From a virus (lineage: Duplodnaviria; Caudoviricetes), in IMG/VR virus record IMGVR_UViG_3300037249_001000, positions 75,540 to 139,539 of that record: a stretch of 64,000 bases of DNA; one strand, given 5' to 3'. This document shows, piece after piece, positions 35,345 to 46,872 of this stretch (its first letter is position 1; the number at the start of each line of letters is the position of its first letter). The position numbers and the translations under genes are program-made. The notes under the pieces are model-generated. The model saw nothing but the letters and a program-made list of their open reading frames with translations. It was not told the DNA's origin and made no database searches.

Positions 35345-38300
35345 ATGTCAGAGAATCTTCAAAATTTATTAAGAGAATCTTTACTTAATAACTCATATGA
35401 TTATAGTTCAATGCATGGTGCTCTTCGTATGACATGGGAAAATAGTTATTCATATTTATATAATTTACAAAAAAATTATGTTGAATTTGAAGACCTAGAA
35501 TATATATCTAATGATACTGATAAAAGTTTTAAACGTATTGGTAGATTATATAATGATAAATTATTTCGAGCATGTTTTGATGTAAATTATGATTTTATTC
35601 ATATATGTGATCGAGAAGAATTTCATGAAAGTGAATTTTACTTTAATGAATTTACTTTTTATGATATGGTATATAACCCAAGTATTTTTAAAAAAATACC
35701 AATTATTATTGTTGATGGACAATGTTTATGGGATTATAAGTTACGTATAAATAAAAAAATTATATCAGTTATACTTCCATTTAAACGTGATTTTGTAATT
35801 GATTTAAAACGTAATCCAGAAACTGATGAATTAATTTATTTAGATCATAATATAAGAATTTTAGTTATTGATAATATCTATTATTATGAATTTGAGTCAG
35901 TTAGTGCAATTGGAAATGATTATAATAATGGTGCTCAATCATTATGGTATAATTTTTATGGTACAAATAATGCAATTACTAAAAATGGAGTAACTGTACG
36001 CACAAAAACAAAATGGAAGTTGGGTTTAGATGTTACGGATATATTAAAAAATAATAATATAAATTCTACAGATGGTTTATTTATTGCTACTATAAACAAA
36101 AATGTCGAAAATAAAAAAAATCTTAAAGAATTCTTTAGTTCTGGGATATTAATATCAAGTGATGTTTCAATGGATCCAATGTCAAGAAAATATACTTGCG
36201 ATTTTCTATTAGGTGACGACCTCCATGAAAAAATATCTGATCAGGATAATAAATACACAATTCATGTTTTATATGTAAACAACTTACATGGTTATGCATT
36301 ACCTATAAGTCGCCACGATATAAACTCAGAATGGTATACTATAATAGATGGTGCACAGGCATCAGAAATTCTTTATGGAGAACATGATTCATCAGCAGAT
36401 AATAGAATGACCAAAGATATTATTTGTGATGAAAATGGAGAATGCAATGTATTTATGATTCAAAATAACAATAATAATATTTTAACACCATATGCCATGC
36501 CCATACCGGTTGAAAATTTAATTGTTATTAAATTAGATCAAGAAGACAATGCTACATTAATGATAAATACAGAAACTGTTAGATTATATTATCCTAATAT
36601 ATATAGAATAGCTGATCCAGATCGTCAACCTGGTGATAGATATCATGTATACTATTTTTATCATAATGCTACATTTTTACAATATACACCTATGTATGAT
36701 TATTTTTATAGGTTTTTACAAATAAGATATAATGAACGACCTATAGAAGAAATTATTGATTTTATTTATCGTGGTGTTGCTGATCTTTCATCTTTTACAG
36801 AAGAACAGGCAAATGAATTAATGAGTACATTTATAAAAATAATGGAATATCAATATTTTAATCACAAATATGGTGAGGTTGATTTCCTTAAACGATATAA
36901 ATTATTGCCTCAAAACATTGATAAAGAAGTCGTTGAATGTAAAGATGAAACATTAAAAGAATGGATAAATGTTAATCCATTTGTTTTACGTGATTATGTA
37001 ATTGAACAAGATAAACTTTATTCTTCAGTTTATCATTTATGGACAAATACATTAGATTTATCAACACATCTACGAACAAATACATTTGAAGAATCAAAAC
37101 ATGAAATAAATGCTTTTCTTGATAATGATGATACATATTTTACAGAATATGGTAAACGTTATGATCAGACTGGTCAATATATTGGCATGTTTAGTGTAGA
37201 AGAATTAAATCAAAAATTAAGTGCTGATTTACAAAAGAAACGTCATAAAATACAAATAAGTGACGACTGGTATGAATTAAACGGAGAATATTATGTTTTT
37301 TCATTTAGAAATGATGATACTATAAAAAATAATTTACTAGATGCACGTGTTTTTGTTGATGGTCTTCATGTAGATGACTTAATTCAAGAAAAATACTATT
37401 TTACTGATTATTTTTATATACCAGTAGAATTGGTTACTGATGATAGCTATATTGAAATTGAAATATTCCCGACGTATAAATATGGTGAACGGGTAAAATT
37501 TGAATCAATGGATGATACAAAAACTATAACTTTATTAGAACCCGCCGATCAAATTTTCCCAACAGCACAAGATTTATTTTATATGGAACCATCTGGTCAT
37601 TTAATTGGTGATGAACATCATAGTCAGTTAGTATCTACAGATGCAAAAGGAATTAAAGAAACAGTAAAAATATCATCAAAACAGTCTATTACAATTGGAA
37701 CAGATAGACCATATTATGATACAACAATATATTCAAATGAATTGTTTGAGATTACTGCTAAATATAAAGATGGTGATTTTGTTGTAAAAACAACTGATCC
37801 TGAAAAACCAGTTAAATTTACAAGATTATCTACTTTTGAAATTAAACCTCTTCGTAATTATGTTGTAAATAAAGATTTATATGTAGGAATATCTAAAATT
37901 CCTAATTATATAAATTATACAATTGATAGAGAAGGTTATCCATATATTGCATTAGTACAAAATGAAAATAACTTTAAATTTAATATAGATTATTTGAGAA
38001 TATTTAGAAATGGCAGATTACTTCCTAGACAAAAATATTGTTTCTTTTCTTCATTCTTTTTCCCAAGAATACAGTTTACAGATTATATGTATCCAGGTGA
38101 TGTTATTCATATTGATATAACACCGTATAGATATAAAGAAATATATTATCAAGAAAGATTGGTGCGTGGTCAAACACTAATTAATCTTAAAGATGTTATA
38201 ACAAAACCATTTGATATTAGATATTATGATGTTTATATGAATGGTAGAAAACTTGGTTTAAATAGTGTATGGACAATTTCTCCATGGGAAATTACTCTAA

Positions 38301-38896
38301 CAAATTTATTATCTTTAAGTAATTTACAAATATTCGAAAAAGAACGTGATTGGGAATATTTTGGTACTAATTATAAAGAAGCTCAATATTACTATACGAT
38401 TGATGATTTATTCGGTTCTTCTTTTATTACGGAACCTGAAAAAAATCAAATCATTAAAGAAATGATTGAAGAAGCTAAAGAACCAGAATGCAATATTAAA
38501 CCTCCTGTTGATATTGAACCACCAATAGATTTTACAGATGACCGCCAATATCCTCATGTTAGTGAATTTTATTTTAATGAATTAATTCCAAAGACATTCG
38601 TTGATCCAGATACGAAACAGTTTGATGATGATATAATGAAAGAAGAATATACAACAGTCGATGATGTTTATAGAGTACATACTGTTGATTCATATAGAAC
38701 TGAAAATGAGAAAGAACGCCGTAAAAATTATGTGGATGCTCTTGCATTAAATCCTGACGAATATATTGAAGGTGCAAATGACGAACATCTAACATATGTG
38801 TATTGTGTTGGTCATCCTGACAAAGTAGATAACGAATTACTTTCTCAAACACCTAATAATTATTATGAAGAGGAGGAAATAGATAATGCCTATTAG
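35345..38896 (+). CDS. Large virion structural protein (baseplate/tail-associated)
   Basis: 1183 aa; repeated VFVDG/IFRNGR/VYMNGR beta motifs seen in jumbo-phage baseplate proteins; late promoter 35293..35304. Confidence 0.55.
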   Translation: MSENLQNLLRESLLNNSYDYSSMHGALRMTWENSYSYLYNLQKNYVEFEDLEYISNDTDKSFKRIGRLYNDKLFRACFDVNYDFIHICDREEFHESEFYFNEFTFYDMVYNPSIFKKIPIIIVDGQCLWDYKLRINKKIISVILPFKRDFVIDLKRNPETDELIYLDHNIRILVIDNIYYYEFESVSAIGNDYNNGAQSLWYNFYGTNNAITKNGVTVRTKTKWKLGLDVTDILKNNNINSTDGLFIATINKNVENKKNLKEFFSSGILISSDVSMDPMSRKYTCDFLLGDDLHEKISDQDNKYTIHVLYVNNLHGYALPISRHDINSEWYTIIDGAQASEILYGEHDSSADNRMTKDIICDENGECNVFMIQNNNNNILTPYAMPIPVENLIVIKLDQEDNATLMINTETVRLYYPNIYRIADPDRQPGDRYHVYYFYHNATFLQYTPMYDYFYRFLQIRYNERPIEEIIDFIYRGVADLSSFTEEQANELMSTFIKIMEYQYFNHKYGEVDFLKRYKLLPQNIDKEVVECKDETLKEWINVNPFVLRDYVIEQDKLYSSVYHLWTNTLDLSTHLRTNTFEESKHEINAFLDNDDTYFTEYGKRYDQTGQYIGMFSVEELNQKLSADLQKKRHKIQISDDWYELNGEYYVFSFRNDDTIKNNLLDARVFVDGLHVDDLIQEKYYFTDYFYIPVELVTDDSYIEIEIFPTYKYGERVKFESMDDTKTITLLEPADQIFPTAQDLFYMEPSGHLIGDEHHSQLVSTDAKGIKETVKISSKQSITIGTDRPYYDTTIYSNELFEITAKYKDGDFVVKTTDPEKPVKFTRLSTFEIKPLRNYVVNKDLYVGISKIPNYINYTIDREGYPYIALVQNENNFKFNIDYLRIFRNGRLLPRQKYCFFSSFFFPRIQFTDYMYPGDVIHIDITPYRYKEIYYQERLVRGQTLINLKDVITKPFDIRYYDVYMNGRKLGLNSVWTISPWEITLTNLLSLSNLQIFEKERDWEYFGTNYKEAQYYYTIDDLFGSSFITEPEKNQIIKEMIEEAKEPECNIKPPVDIEPPIDFTDDRQYPHVSEFYFNELIPKTFVDPDTKQFDDDIMKEEYTTVDDVYRVHTVDSYRTENEKERRKNYVDALALNPDEYIEGANDEHLTYVYCVGHPDKVDNELLSQTPNNYYEEEEIDNAY

Positions 38897-40160
38897 ATTA
38901 GATACTGGTCATGAATATTTGCCAACGTTGGTTGTAAAACCAGATATGCGTTTTGCCAATACGTTTTTAGATACAAAATATCGTGATTATGCTGTTCCTG
39001 GAGAAGCATTGATGGATAAAGTATCTGGTGAATTATTTATGAAACGACCTATAGATGGACGTGTAATAAGTTTTTTCCAAAATAAAAAAATGCTTCATGA
39101 TTTAACTCTTGAATTAAGAATCATGATGGTTAATAATGAAAATTTCGTGTATCCTGAAAAAGATGATAATGCTTTTTTTGTATCAGCAAATTATGATCTA
39201 TTAACAATTAATAATGAACAACCTATAGATTTATTAAATGATTATATTGAAATTCCAGAGGCTGGAAATAATGTTGATAATATAAATACATTAAGTTTTA
39301 ATATATCATCGTATGCTAATGGATTTTTTATAAGAGTATCTACAAGAGATTGTGATAAACCTATTATTGAATTTCTTGTTAATAAATATAATACATTATT
39401 TAAGAATTATGATGGCGATAATTCAGAATATTATGAAGAACACACACTTTTTGAAACTAATGAATTGTGGGAAGATTCTAGTTGTGTTATACACTATACT
39501 GCTACTAAATATAAAAATAATAATCCAATCGCAGTAATGTATTCAAGTTGTCCAATTAGATTAAATGAGAGTTCATGTGTTTTATTACCTGATGGGTTTC
39601 CAAGTAATATAGATCCTGAATTAAGAGATTGTGATTATATTAATATTGCTATTACAGACATTAATTTTAGGAAAATCCAATTTATATATAATCATAGAGA
39701 TTATTTTGAAGATAGAGACCTAATAAATAATTATTATAAGTTAATTTTTGCTGACGGTGTTATTAAACCTGCTGAAATAAATGTAATGTATTTTGTTGAT
39801 AATGTTAATCATATTCGTTTATTAGGTAATGAATTTTTATTAGCTCTATTAGATATACCATATATTAATAGATATATGGCTAAAATGTCAAAATTAAAAG
39901 AAGCTTCACAATTTTTAACTACTATTAAAGAACCTAGTGTTATTGATTGGGATGCCAATACTTGTTGGGCAGAACGTATAAGAGATGTATATAAAGGTGG
40001 AGAAACACGAAGAACAACTTCTCCCAATTCTTTTGAAGATATTGCGAAATACTTCACTCGTAATTCTGCTGCAATTTCTGGTAATATTATAACTGAAGCT
40101 GAATTAAACGAAGATCCAGATAATCATGATAGTGATTTCTTACTTATTGATGAGGGGTGA
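38886..40160 (+). CDS. Putative virion structural protein
   Basis: 424-aa ORF overlapping the previous gene. Confidence 0.5.
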   Translation: MPIRLDTGHEYLPTLVVKPDMRFANTFLDTKYRDYAVPGEALMDKVSGELFMKRPIDGRVISFFQNKKMLHDLTLELRIMMVNNENFVYPEKDDNAFFVSANYDLLTINNEQPIDLLNDYIEIPEAGNNVDNINTLSFNISSYANGFFIRVSTRDCDKPIIEFLVNKYNTLFKNYDGDNSEYYEEHTLFETNELWEDSSCVIHYTATKYKNNNPIAVMYSSCPIRLNESSCVLLPDGFPSNIDPELRDCDYINIAITDINFRKIQFIYNHRDYFEDRDLINNYYKLIFADGVIKPAEINVMYFVDNVNHIRLLGNEFLLALLDIPYINRYMAKMSKLKEASQFLTTIKEPSVIDWDANTCWAERIRDVYKGGETRRTTSPNSFEDIAKYFTRNSAAISGNIITEAELNEDPDNHDSDFLLIDEG

Positions 40161-40166
40161 TTATGA

Positions 40167-40346
40167 ATGTCAAAATCATTAGTTTTAACAGATTATAATA
40201 TATTAAATGCCGATGCAAGTGAAACTGATACCGATGCAGACAGATATTTAATTAAAATTGAATCAACCGAAAGTAATTTTAATATGCCTGAAAAAATAGA
40301 ACTTAAAAGTAATGATATATTTTTAAAAGATAAAACAACGAGGTGA
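40167..40346 (+). CDS. Small hypothetical protein (59 aa, not in the ORF track)
   Basis: MSKSLVLTDYNILNADASETD..KDKTTR*; fills the operon gap, GGGGTGA RBS. Confidence 0.55.
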   Translation: MSKSLVLTDYNILNADASETDTDADRYLIKIESTESNFNMPEKIELKSNDIFLKDKTTR

Positions 40347-40351
40347 TTATT

Positions 40352-40588
40352 ATGGTAAATGCTAGTGATGTACTACTTCATTCAAAAGATAGTGATAAAA
40401 CTGAACGAATAATTTTTCCAGTAACACGACATCAAAATATTATCGGTGCTCCTAATGTTTTATCTTTAGATCAGAAAATACATGAAAGTTACGGTTCAGT
40501 ATTTTTACTGTTACAAACTGATACAGTTTCAATTGATGAAGATAAATTAAATGAAATAACTAATTATAGATTAACAGGTAAACGATAA
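40352..40588 (+). CDS. Small tail-associated protein (putative)
   Basis: IIFPVTRHQNIIG resembles fibre-associated yP.T....v motifs. Confidence 0.4.
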   Translation: MVNASDVLLHSKDSDKTERIIFPVTRHQNIIGAPNVLSLDQKIHESYGSVFLLLQTDTVSIDEDKLNEITNYRLTGKR

Positions 40589-40607
40589 GAAAGGAGAGAA
40601 AATTCTT

Positions 40608-40838
40608 ATGGCTGATAAAATTAAAGGTAGATTACAAACACCTATTGATGAAACAACTGGTGAACGTAAAGATATTCATCTTATAACAACATCAGATGAA
40701 GTTCTTGTACCCGATGGGAATAATGAACCTAAAATATTAACTAATGTTTTAAATAATATGCATGTTAATATTGTTATTAGTTCGGTAGATAGAAAACCTA
40801 CATATCCTACTGTATGGTTTAGAACAGATGATCAATAA
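40608..40838 (+). CDS. Small tail-associated protein (putative)
   Basis: IHLITTSDEV..KPTYPTVWF; strong RBS. Confidence 0.45.
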   Translation: MADKIKGRLQTPIDETTGERKDIHLITTSDEVLVPDGNNEPKILTNVLNNMHVNIVISSVDRKPTYPTVWFRTDDQ

Positions 40839-40887
40839 AATTATGGTAGAGAATGAAATATAAATTCATTCTCTACCATATTATATT

Positions 40888-41248
40888 TTAAAAATTTGTC
40901 GCTTTATCAAAATCAAAAGGTTCAAATTCATCATTATTATTTTTTTTATTTTTCTTTGGTTTTTCTTCTCTTTCAATGGCATTGGTTTTTCCACGTTTGG
41001 ATTCAACAGATTCAAATTTAGATGCTATTGATGTGGTTGATATAGGTTCTGCAAAATCGATATCATCTATTAATCTAATTTCATTTCCTGGTTCAAATGG
41101 ATGATTAAAATATTCCAATCTACGAAGTTTTTCATCTTCTTCAGCAGATCTATAACGACGTTTTAATAATTTAAATGTTAGAAATAATTCACCAGTATCA
41201 GATTTAACTTCTGGATTAATAATACATATTACGTCGCTGTTCTCTATG
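40888..41248 (-). CDS. dnaB: DnaB-like replicative helicase, exon 2
   Basis: Splicing gives AWEI|IENSDVICII..LLKRRY (DnaB IEQDAD..KxR motif). Confidence 0.85.
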
Positions 41249-42556
41249 CTTTTATGTTCATATAAGTTCGTTAGACTCATATAAGTATAAATACTTCTTT
41301 ATATCTCTATAAATGGTCAGACTATATCTTCATCCAATAACTCTATTACCAAGTTATTGGAGCTATTCATTTCACTTTAATGGATTTATGTTAAACTAAT
41401 CTCATCTAACTACCAACCACTTGGCGTTACTCTACTCACTTCGTGTAGATATTTCAATCTACCTTATTTTCAAATTATAAATTTCTTTATAATTATATAG
41501 CTTTCGATAGTCGTTGAACTATAAATAATCTTTATATATCTCCTTTCTACGAATTTTCCGTATTGTTGCCATCCTACTTTCTTTTTTACTTCCATCTGTA
41601 TAAATTTCATTGAATATTTCAATATTAGAATATCCTTTATTAATTAACTCATTAATTAATGGAATTTTAGCAACAGTTTCTTCTTGTTGAGGTGTCAATT
41701 TAGTTTTAGATGAAAAATCATATTTTTGTGATATTTCATTCCATGCTAATCTGTTTTTAATACGTACTAATAATTGACGATATTTCTTTTCATTAGGTAA
41801 GTTTAATAATTGTAGAATTTCATCATAAGATTTTTCTTCGGAAAGATATTGACAAATTTTTTCAGCTTGAGTATTTGTTATTAAAGCATATACACTATTT
41901 TCACATGTTGTGTTTATTTCTTTACGTTCAAATGCTGCTTTAGTATTTTCACCATGAGTCTTTATTTCTAAATTTAAGTAAAAATTATTTAATCCGTTAT
42001 TATCCAGATGATCAGGTACTAAATTTTCTTTTGGAACATTTTTATACCTTTTTGGAATTTTTAAGAAACAGTGTGCAACTAATTGATGGACAAGAACCCA
42101 TTCTTTTTTGCCATTTTTCATTTCTAAATATACAGCATAGTAAGGATGTTTCTTTTTATTAGCAACTTTAAAAGTTACTCGTTCTTTTGTTTCCTTAATT
42201 CTTACATCACCATAATTACTAACTTCATAGATATTATTTTTAACTTTTTTAAAATTTTTCAATACCTTCCATTCTTCAAAATATCCAACATAAGTCATTA
42301 ATTATTCAACTCCTTTATAATAATTTATGTTATGATATATAATTGATTATTTATAGCTGCGGATTATCTCTATCTCCAATCTTATTACTATACCTTAGGC
42401 ATTACCCTTCGCCACTATAATATCACTATTATAGTTTAGTAATTGAAGCTTAGCAAGCATATTATAAATAATATGTCTGGTTTGCAAGACCAGAAATTTC
42501 CCGCATTTAGAATAGTTGTTTTATATACATTACTGTATATGGAGACCATAGAATTA
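41249..42556 (-). mobile_element. Group I intron in dnaB (1308 nt) carrying a homing endonuclease
   Basis: P1 GGAGAU/GUCUCC; core GTTCAACGACTA and GAAGATATAGTCT; terminal G at 41249; phase-2 junction restores a 565-aa helicase. Confidence 0.9.
41519..42298 (-). CDS. Intron-encoded NUMOD4-HNH homing endonuclease
   Basis: EEWK..YEVSNYGDVR (NUMOD4), VHQLVA..F..PDHLDNNGLNNFYLNLE..EN (HNH). Confidence 0.9.
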   Translation of the reverse strand: MTYVGYFEEWKVLKNFKKVKNNIYEVSNYGDVRIKETKERVTFKVANKKKHPYYAVYLEMKNGKKEWVLVHQLVAHCFLKIPKRYKNVPKENLVPDHLDNNGLNNFYLNLEIKTHGENTKAAFERKEINTTCENSVYALITNTQAEKICQYLSEEKSYDEILQLLNLPNEKKYRQLLVRIKNRLAWNEISQKYDFSSKTKLTPQQEETVAKIPLINELINKGYSNIEIFNEIYTDGSKKESRMATIRKIRRKEIYKDYL

Positions 42557-43893
42557 ATCTCCCATGCTCCAGCAATAGCATCCCTTCCAACAAGTTTAGT
42601 AACATCTTCTTTTTTAGCTTGTATTGCGGCATCAACTACACTAGCACCACTTCTATTTAACTGTTGGGCTGTTATTACAGGTATATCAAAGAACTTTGCA
42701 AGCTCCTTCAATTCATTTGTAATATTTTTTAATTCAGTTTTTTCTGTATCAGCTTTTTCAGCCGGTCTTATTCTTTTTAAATAGTCTATTATAAGAGTTA
42801 TTACTTCAACTCCATCGTCTGCTAAATCTTGAATAAGAGTGTATAAATCGTTAGTATCCAATTCTCTATTCTTATATTCTTTAATTATAATATCTATATT
42901 ATTTTCACCAGTTAATTTAAATCCACCTTGTCTAATTTTTTTCTTTATTTGTTTAGGTGTATAATTTCTGATATCATCTGAATCAATTGCCATATTATAT
43001 AATCTTTCAATTGTTTCCGGTATATCATTTTCTAATGTTAAAAATAATACAGCAGGTCTTTTATCAGGATCTTTAGTTTGAATATTTGGATTATACTTAC
43101 GAATATCAATCGCTGATTTTAAAAGTATAGTTGATTTACCTTTACCTGGAAAAGCTAAATATGTATATAAGCGTTTACTTAAATACCCAGGAGCTAAAAT
43201 TGTGTTCCATCGTTGAATACCTGTTACAAATATTCTATTTCTATCTTTAAGTTTTGTAACAGCATCTTCAATAACTTGGTCAAATATATCGTCTTCTAAT
43301 GAAAACATTTGATCACTATTTAAGCTACGAGTTGCTCTATTTATGCTTATAATACTATTAGCAATTTCATATAAATCTTTACTAACTGATTGATATGTTT
43401 TAAATTCTCCGTTATTAATTTTATCAAATATTTCTTGAATTGCATCTTTTACAGATATTGAATATCCGTATGCTAAAGCATCTTCTAATCGTTTTATAAG
43501 ATGTTTACTTTCTTCATGTGTAATTTTATCAGTTCCTATATTTTCTATAATAGAAGCTTTATAATCATCACATTCTAAATCATCTAAACAATATTGTTTT
43601 AAATATTCATCAGATTCAAATCCTTGAGTAAGTTTTCCATCAAGGGTTTTTTTAATTATCCAAATTCTATTTAAAGCTTCTTGATTATCTCTATATTCAT
43701 ATAAATCTAAGTTATTAAATAATTTATTTATATTAGTTAGTGTTTTTCTCGTACGTAATACACTATCTTTATAAATGAATGATAAAGTCATATTAAGAGT
43801 TATCAAATTAAATTTTAGTTTAATAGGTTTCATTTTTAAATCTTTAATATTTAACATTTTTTTCGTTGATATTGGTTTAACAACATCTTCCAT
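42557..43893 (-). CDS. dnaB: DnaB-like replicative helicase, exon 1
   Basis: AFPGKGKS, FLTLEN, LIIDYL, ELKELAKFFDIPVITAQQLNR; late-type promoter at 43920..43931(-). Confidence 0.9.
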
Positions 43894-44008
43894 TTTATTA
43901 CCTCATTTCTTCGGTTGATTAGATTTTTGTTGTTAAAACAATAAAAAAAAATATATTAGGTTATTTTAAATAACCTAATATATTTATACATTTAGTTATG
44001 CTTATATT

Positions 44009-44569
44009 TTAGATATTTACTATAAACGGGTTATCGCTATCAACTGTTGCACTGATAGTAATTTTTGTTTCAGCATTAGATTGGATATCTATGTGTGGTG
44101 CTACAATATCAGCATTATACAGTCTTACAAATTTTATTTCGCCATGATCTGTATTAATGTAATTTCTATCACCTGCGGTTTCAACCATATTTAAAACCAA
44201 GGTTGATTTTTTACCCATTCCTATATAAGCACCATTAATAATTTTACTATTAACGATGGATGCATTGTATACCTCAGCATCTCCGTCAACTATCGAACTC
44301 ATAATAACCGAATTTTTTCGAATTTGAGCATCGCCTGAAACAATAGAATTGCCAATAATCATTGATGTTTCATCAATAAATGCTCCACCATCTTGAGAAA
44401 GATTCTCTTCTCTCTCAATCCAACCACCAATCTCTCCTTCAGATAAAATCCGTGATGGCTTACCAAAATCACCAATAGTATAAATATCTGTTAAATATCT
44501 AATTTGATGAAGTTCGTGTCCATTAACATCTATTGTTTCGCCTGTAAATTCATACTTCTTATCTGACAT
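44009..44569 (-). CDS. Hexapeptide-repeat (left-handed beta-helix) protein, paralog 1
   Basis: KYEFTGET..LHQIR..GEIGGWIEREENLSQ head followed by hexapeptide repeats. Confidence 0.75.
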   Translation of the reverse strand: MSDKKYEFTGETIDVNGHELHQIRYLTDIYTIGDFGKPSRILSEGEIGGWIEREENLSQDGGAFIDETSMIIGNSIVSGDAQIRKNSVIMSSIVDGDAEVYNASIVNSKIINGAYIGMGKKSTLVLNMVETAGDRNYINTDHGEIKFVRLYNADIVAPHIDIQSNAETKITISATVDSDNPFIVNI

Positions 44570-44668
44570 ATTTTAACATCCTTTCATTTAAAAAAATTAA
44601 AAAGTGGAGTATTAATTTATAATACTCCACTTTTTATTATAATGCACGACTTATCTAAATAATAAAAA

Positions 44669-45319
44669 TTAGATAAGTCGTGCATTATTAGCATAATTCA
44701 AATTACCATCAATAACAACTTCGCCTACAATCGCTGCGCAACCAGAAATACTTGCATTATCTTTGACAACTGCATCCTCTGCAACAATTGCATGCTCATA
44801 AACGCATGCATTACCAGACACAGTTGCATTTCCAGTTACTGTTGCACAACCAGAAATACTTGCATTATCTTTGACAACTGCATCCTCTGCAACAATTGCA
44901 TGCTCATAAACGCATGCATTACCAGACACAGTTGCATTTCCAGTTACTGTTGCACAACCAGAAATACTTGCATTATCTTTGACACCACAGCTCGATCCCT
45001 TAATAACTGCATGATCAGAAACCGTAACATTATCATCAACAACAGCTTTACCAGCAACAATTGCATAGTCAGTAACTTTAGTATGCCCTTTAATCATAGC
45101 ATTATCCATGACAATACCATTATCCATGACAATAGCATTATCTCCAACCCATGCGGAGCCGTGTTCGAGATTCTCTTCTCTCTCAATCCATCCGCCAATA
45201 TCACCACGTTTAACATCATGGTAACCCAAATCAGTTGTAGCTCTGATTCGATTGAGAGTATGACCCATGTACTTTCTTGTCTCACCTGTAAACTCATATG
45301 TTCTTTTTACATCACTCAT
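44669..45319 (-). CDS. Hexapeptide-repeat protein, paralog 2
   Basis: YEFTGET..LNRIRA..GDIGGWIEREENL; V.dnA repeats. Confidence 0.8.
   Translation of the reverse strand: MSDVKRTYEFTGETRKYMGHTLNRIRATTDLGYHDVKRGDIGGWIEREENLEHGSAWVGDNAIVMDNGIVMDNAMIKGHTKVTDYAIVAGKAVVDDNVTVSDHAVIKGSSCGVKDNASISGCATVTGNATVSGNACVYEHAIVAEDAVVKDNASISGCATVTGNATVSGNACVYEHAIVAEDAVVKDNASISGCAAIVGEVVIDGNLNYANNARLI
44739..44984. repeat. Exact 108-bp tandem duplication (about 2.3 copies) inside paralog 2
   Basis: caaccagaaatacttgcattatctttgaca recurs at 44739, 44847 and 44955. Confidence 0.9.
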
Positions 45320-45478
45320 ATTATTATCTCCTTTATATAAAATATATTAAGAATAGTTCTGCTTTTTACTGGATCAAGCATAACCTAATGACATAAAAAT
45401 AATATATAAATTAATAAATTAAAAATACATGTAAAGATACCTTTGTTAATCACAAAGGTATCTTTACTAATTTTATTA

Positions 45479-45832
45479 TCACTTCAAATTCTCTTTATCT
45501 AAATCTAAACATTCTTTTATTTCTGTAATATACCAATCTATGGTTGTATATATATTAGGATCTTCATCTACATGACCGATAGTTGAACGAGCACCAATAA
45601 CTCCATTTTCTTGTTCAATATAAAAGTCATCTTCATCATATATATCATGATTATTATAAAAATCTATTGGATTTCCATAATAATCGAAATATGACGGTGG
45701 AACTTCACCGTCATTAATCATGCTTACTTTTAATTCATTATAAGCGTCGTTAATATTAGTAAACACTTTAACTTTTATAATTTTTTTGTTATTCCTGAAT
45801 GGTAAATCATAAATTTGAACGTATACATACAT
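45479..45832 (-). CDS. Hypothetical protein
   Basis: 117-aa ORF in operon. Confidence 0.55.
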   Translation of the reverse strand: MYVYVQIYDLPFRNNKKIIKVKVFTNINDAYNELKVSMINDGEVPPSYFDYYGNPIDFYNNHDIYDEDDFYIEQENGVIGARSTIGHVDEDPNIYTTIDWYITEIKECLDLDKENLK

Positions 45833-45833
45833 A

Positions 45834-46265
45834 TTACCTTCTCCTCTTCAAATATTTTAAATGTGTTATTTTAATTGATGATCCTGTAAATCCTACGATT
45901 TCATATTCAGGATATTGATCATTCCATGTCTTACGTAATTCATCAGTTTTCATTATATAATTATATAATGATATTTCACTAACTGAGAATTTGTTAATGA
46001 GATTTTTCAATTCAATCAATAGTTCATGGAACATATAAACTTGAGTATCTGACATATTAAATGATTCTTTAAAATACTTATTAAACCACTCTTTGTCATA
46101 AAACTCATCGACCTTTTTATAGATATTGCCAAAATCAGTATCATTAAATTGACAATCTTTTAGTTTCAAATTATTAAATTCTTTTTCCTCCATATCTAAT
46201 TCAAAATTTATGATAATAGATTCACTATGATGATTATCAAAATTACTTATTGATATATAATGCAT
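45834..46265 (-). CDS. Hypothetical protein
   Basis: 143-aa ORF in operon. Confidence 0.55.
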   Translation of the reverse strand: MHYISISNFDNHHSESIIINFELDMEEKEFNNLKLKDCQFNDTDFGNIYKKVDEFYDKEWFNKYFKESFNMSDTQVYMFHELLIELKNLINKFSVSEISLYNYIMKTDELRKTWNDQYPEYEIVGFTGSSIKITHLKYLKRRR

Positions 46266-46266
46266 T

Positions 46267-46779
46267 TTATTTTTTCCTCTCTTTACTTTTAATATAATCT
46301 TCTCTCATAACTTCAAAAATTATGGTATCATATATTTTGCCATCCATTAATTTAATAGTCTGATGTAATTGTCCAACTTCTCTACCTCCAAATCGTTTAC
46401 ATAAATTGCGATAACCTCTAACAGCAGGATTATCTACACAACAATTCCATTCCATTCTATTAAAATTATAAACCATAAAGATATTGTCAATAGCTTGAAG
46501 TAAATCGTGAGCGTATGTAACACTACCGCCTTCTATAAAACTAATAGCAGCAAACGAAGGAACAGACATTGTCTCATAATTAACACCATACATAATATAA
46601 CCAAGTATTTCACCTTTATCATTTACTGATACAAACTGGTGAACCTAATTATTACTATCATCAATTGTTGGTATACTTGCAGATGTACCAAAATGATAAT
46701 ATTTATATTTCATATCATACATAGTTTCTACAAATTTAACATGAAGCTCAGCAGTATACAAATTAGCAGGTTTTAACAT
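46267..46779 (-). pseudogene. RimJ/RimL-type GNAT acetyltransferase interrupted by one in-frame TAG (46645..46647)
   Basis: AAGGAG RBS and ATG at 46779; MLKPANLY..IDDSNN*VHQFVSVNDKGEILGYI continues in frame to DNPAVRGYRNLCKRFGGREVG..DGKIYD. Confidence 0.75.
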
Positions 46780-46872
46780 TTTTAACGTCTCCTTTAAAAA
46801 AATAAATATAAATAAAAGTTATGCAGATGATAAGATTCTACTCCTATCATCTGCATTGTTAAATATTGAAAT

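Noticed and set aside
42436-42556. C-terminal tail of ORF 42436..43893 and start of ORF 40888..41280
   Set aside because: Read-through into the group I intron; the same applies to ORF end 3856..3882 and ORF start 4213..4248
44792-45340. 182-aa plus-strand ORF
   Set aside because: Antisense shadow of the hexapeptide repeat gene
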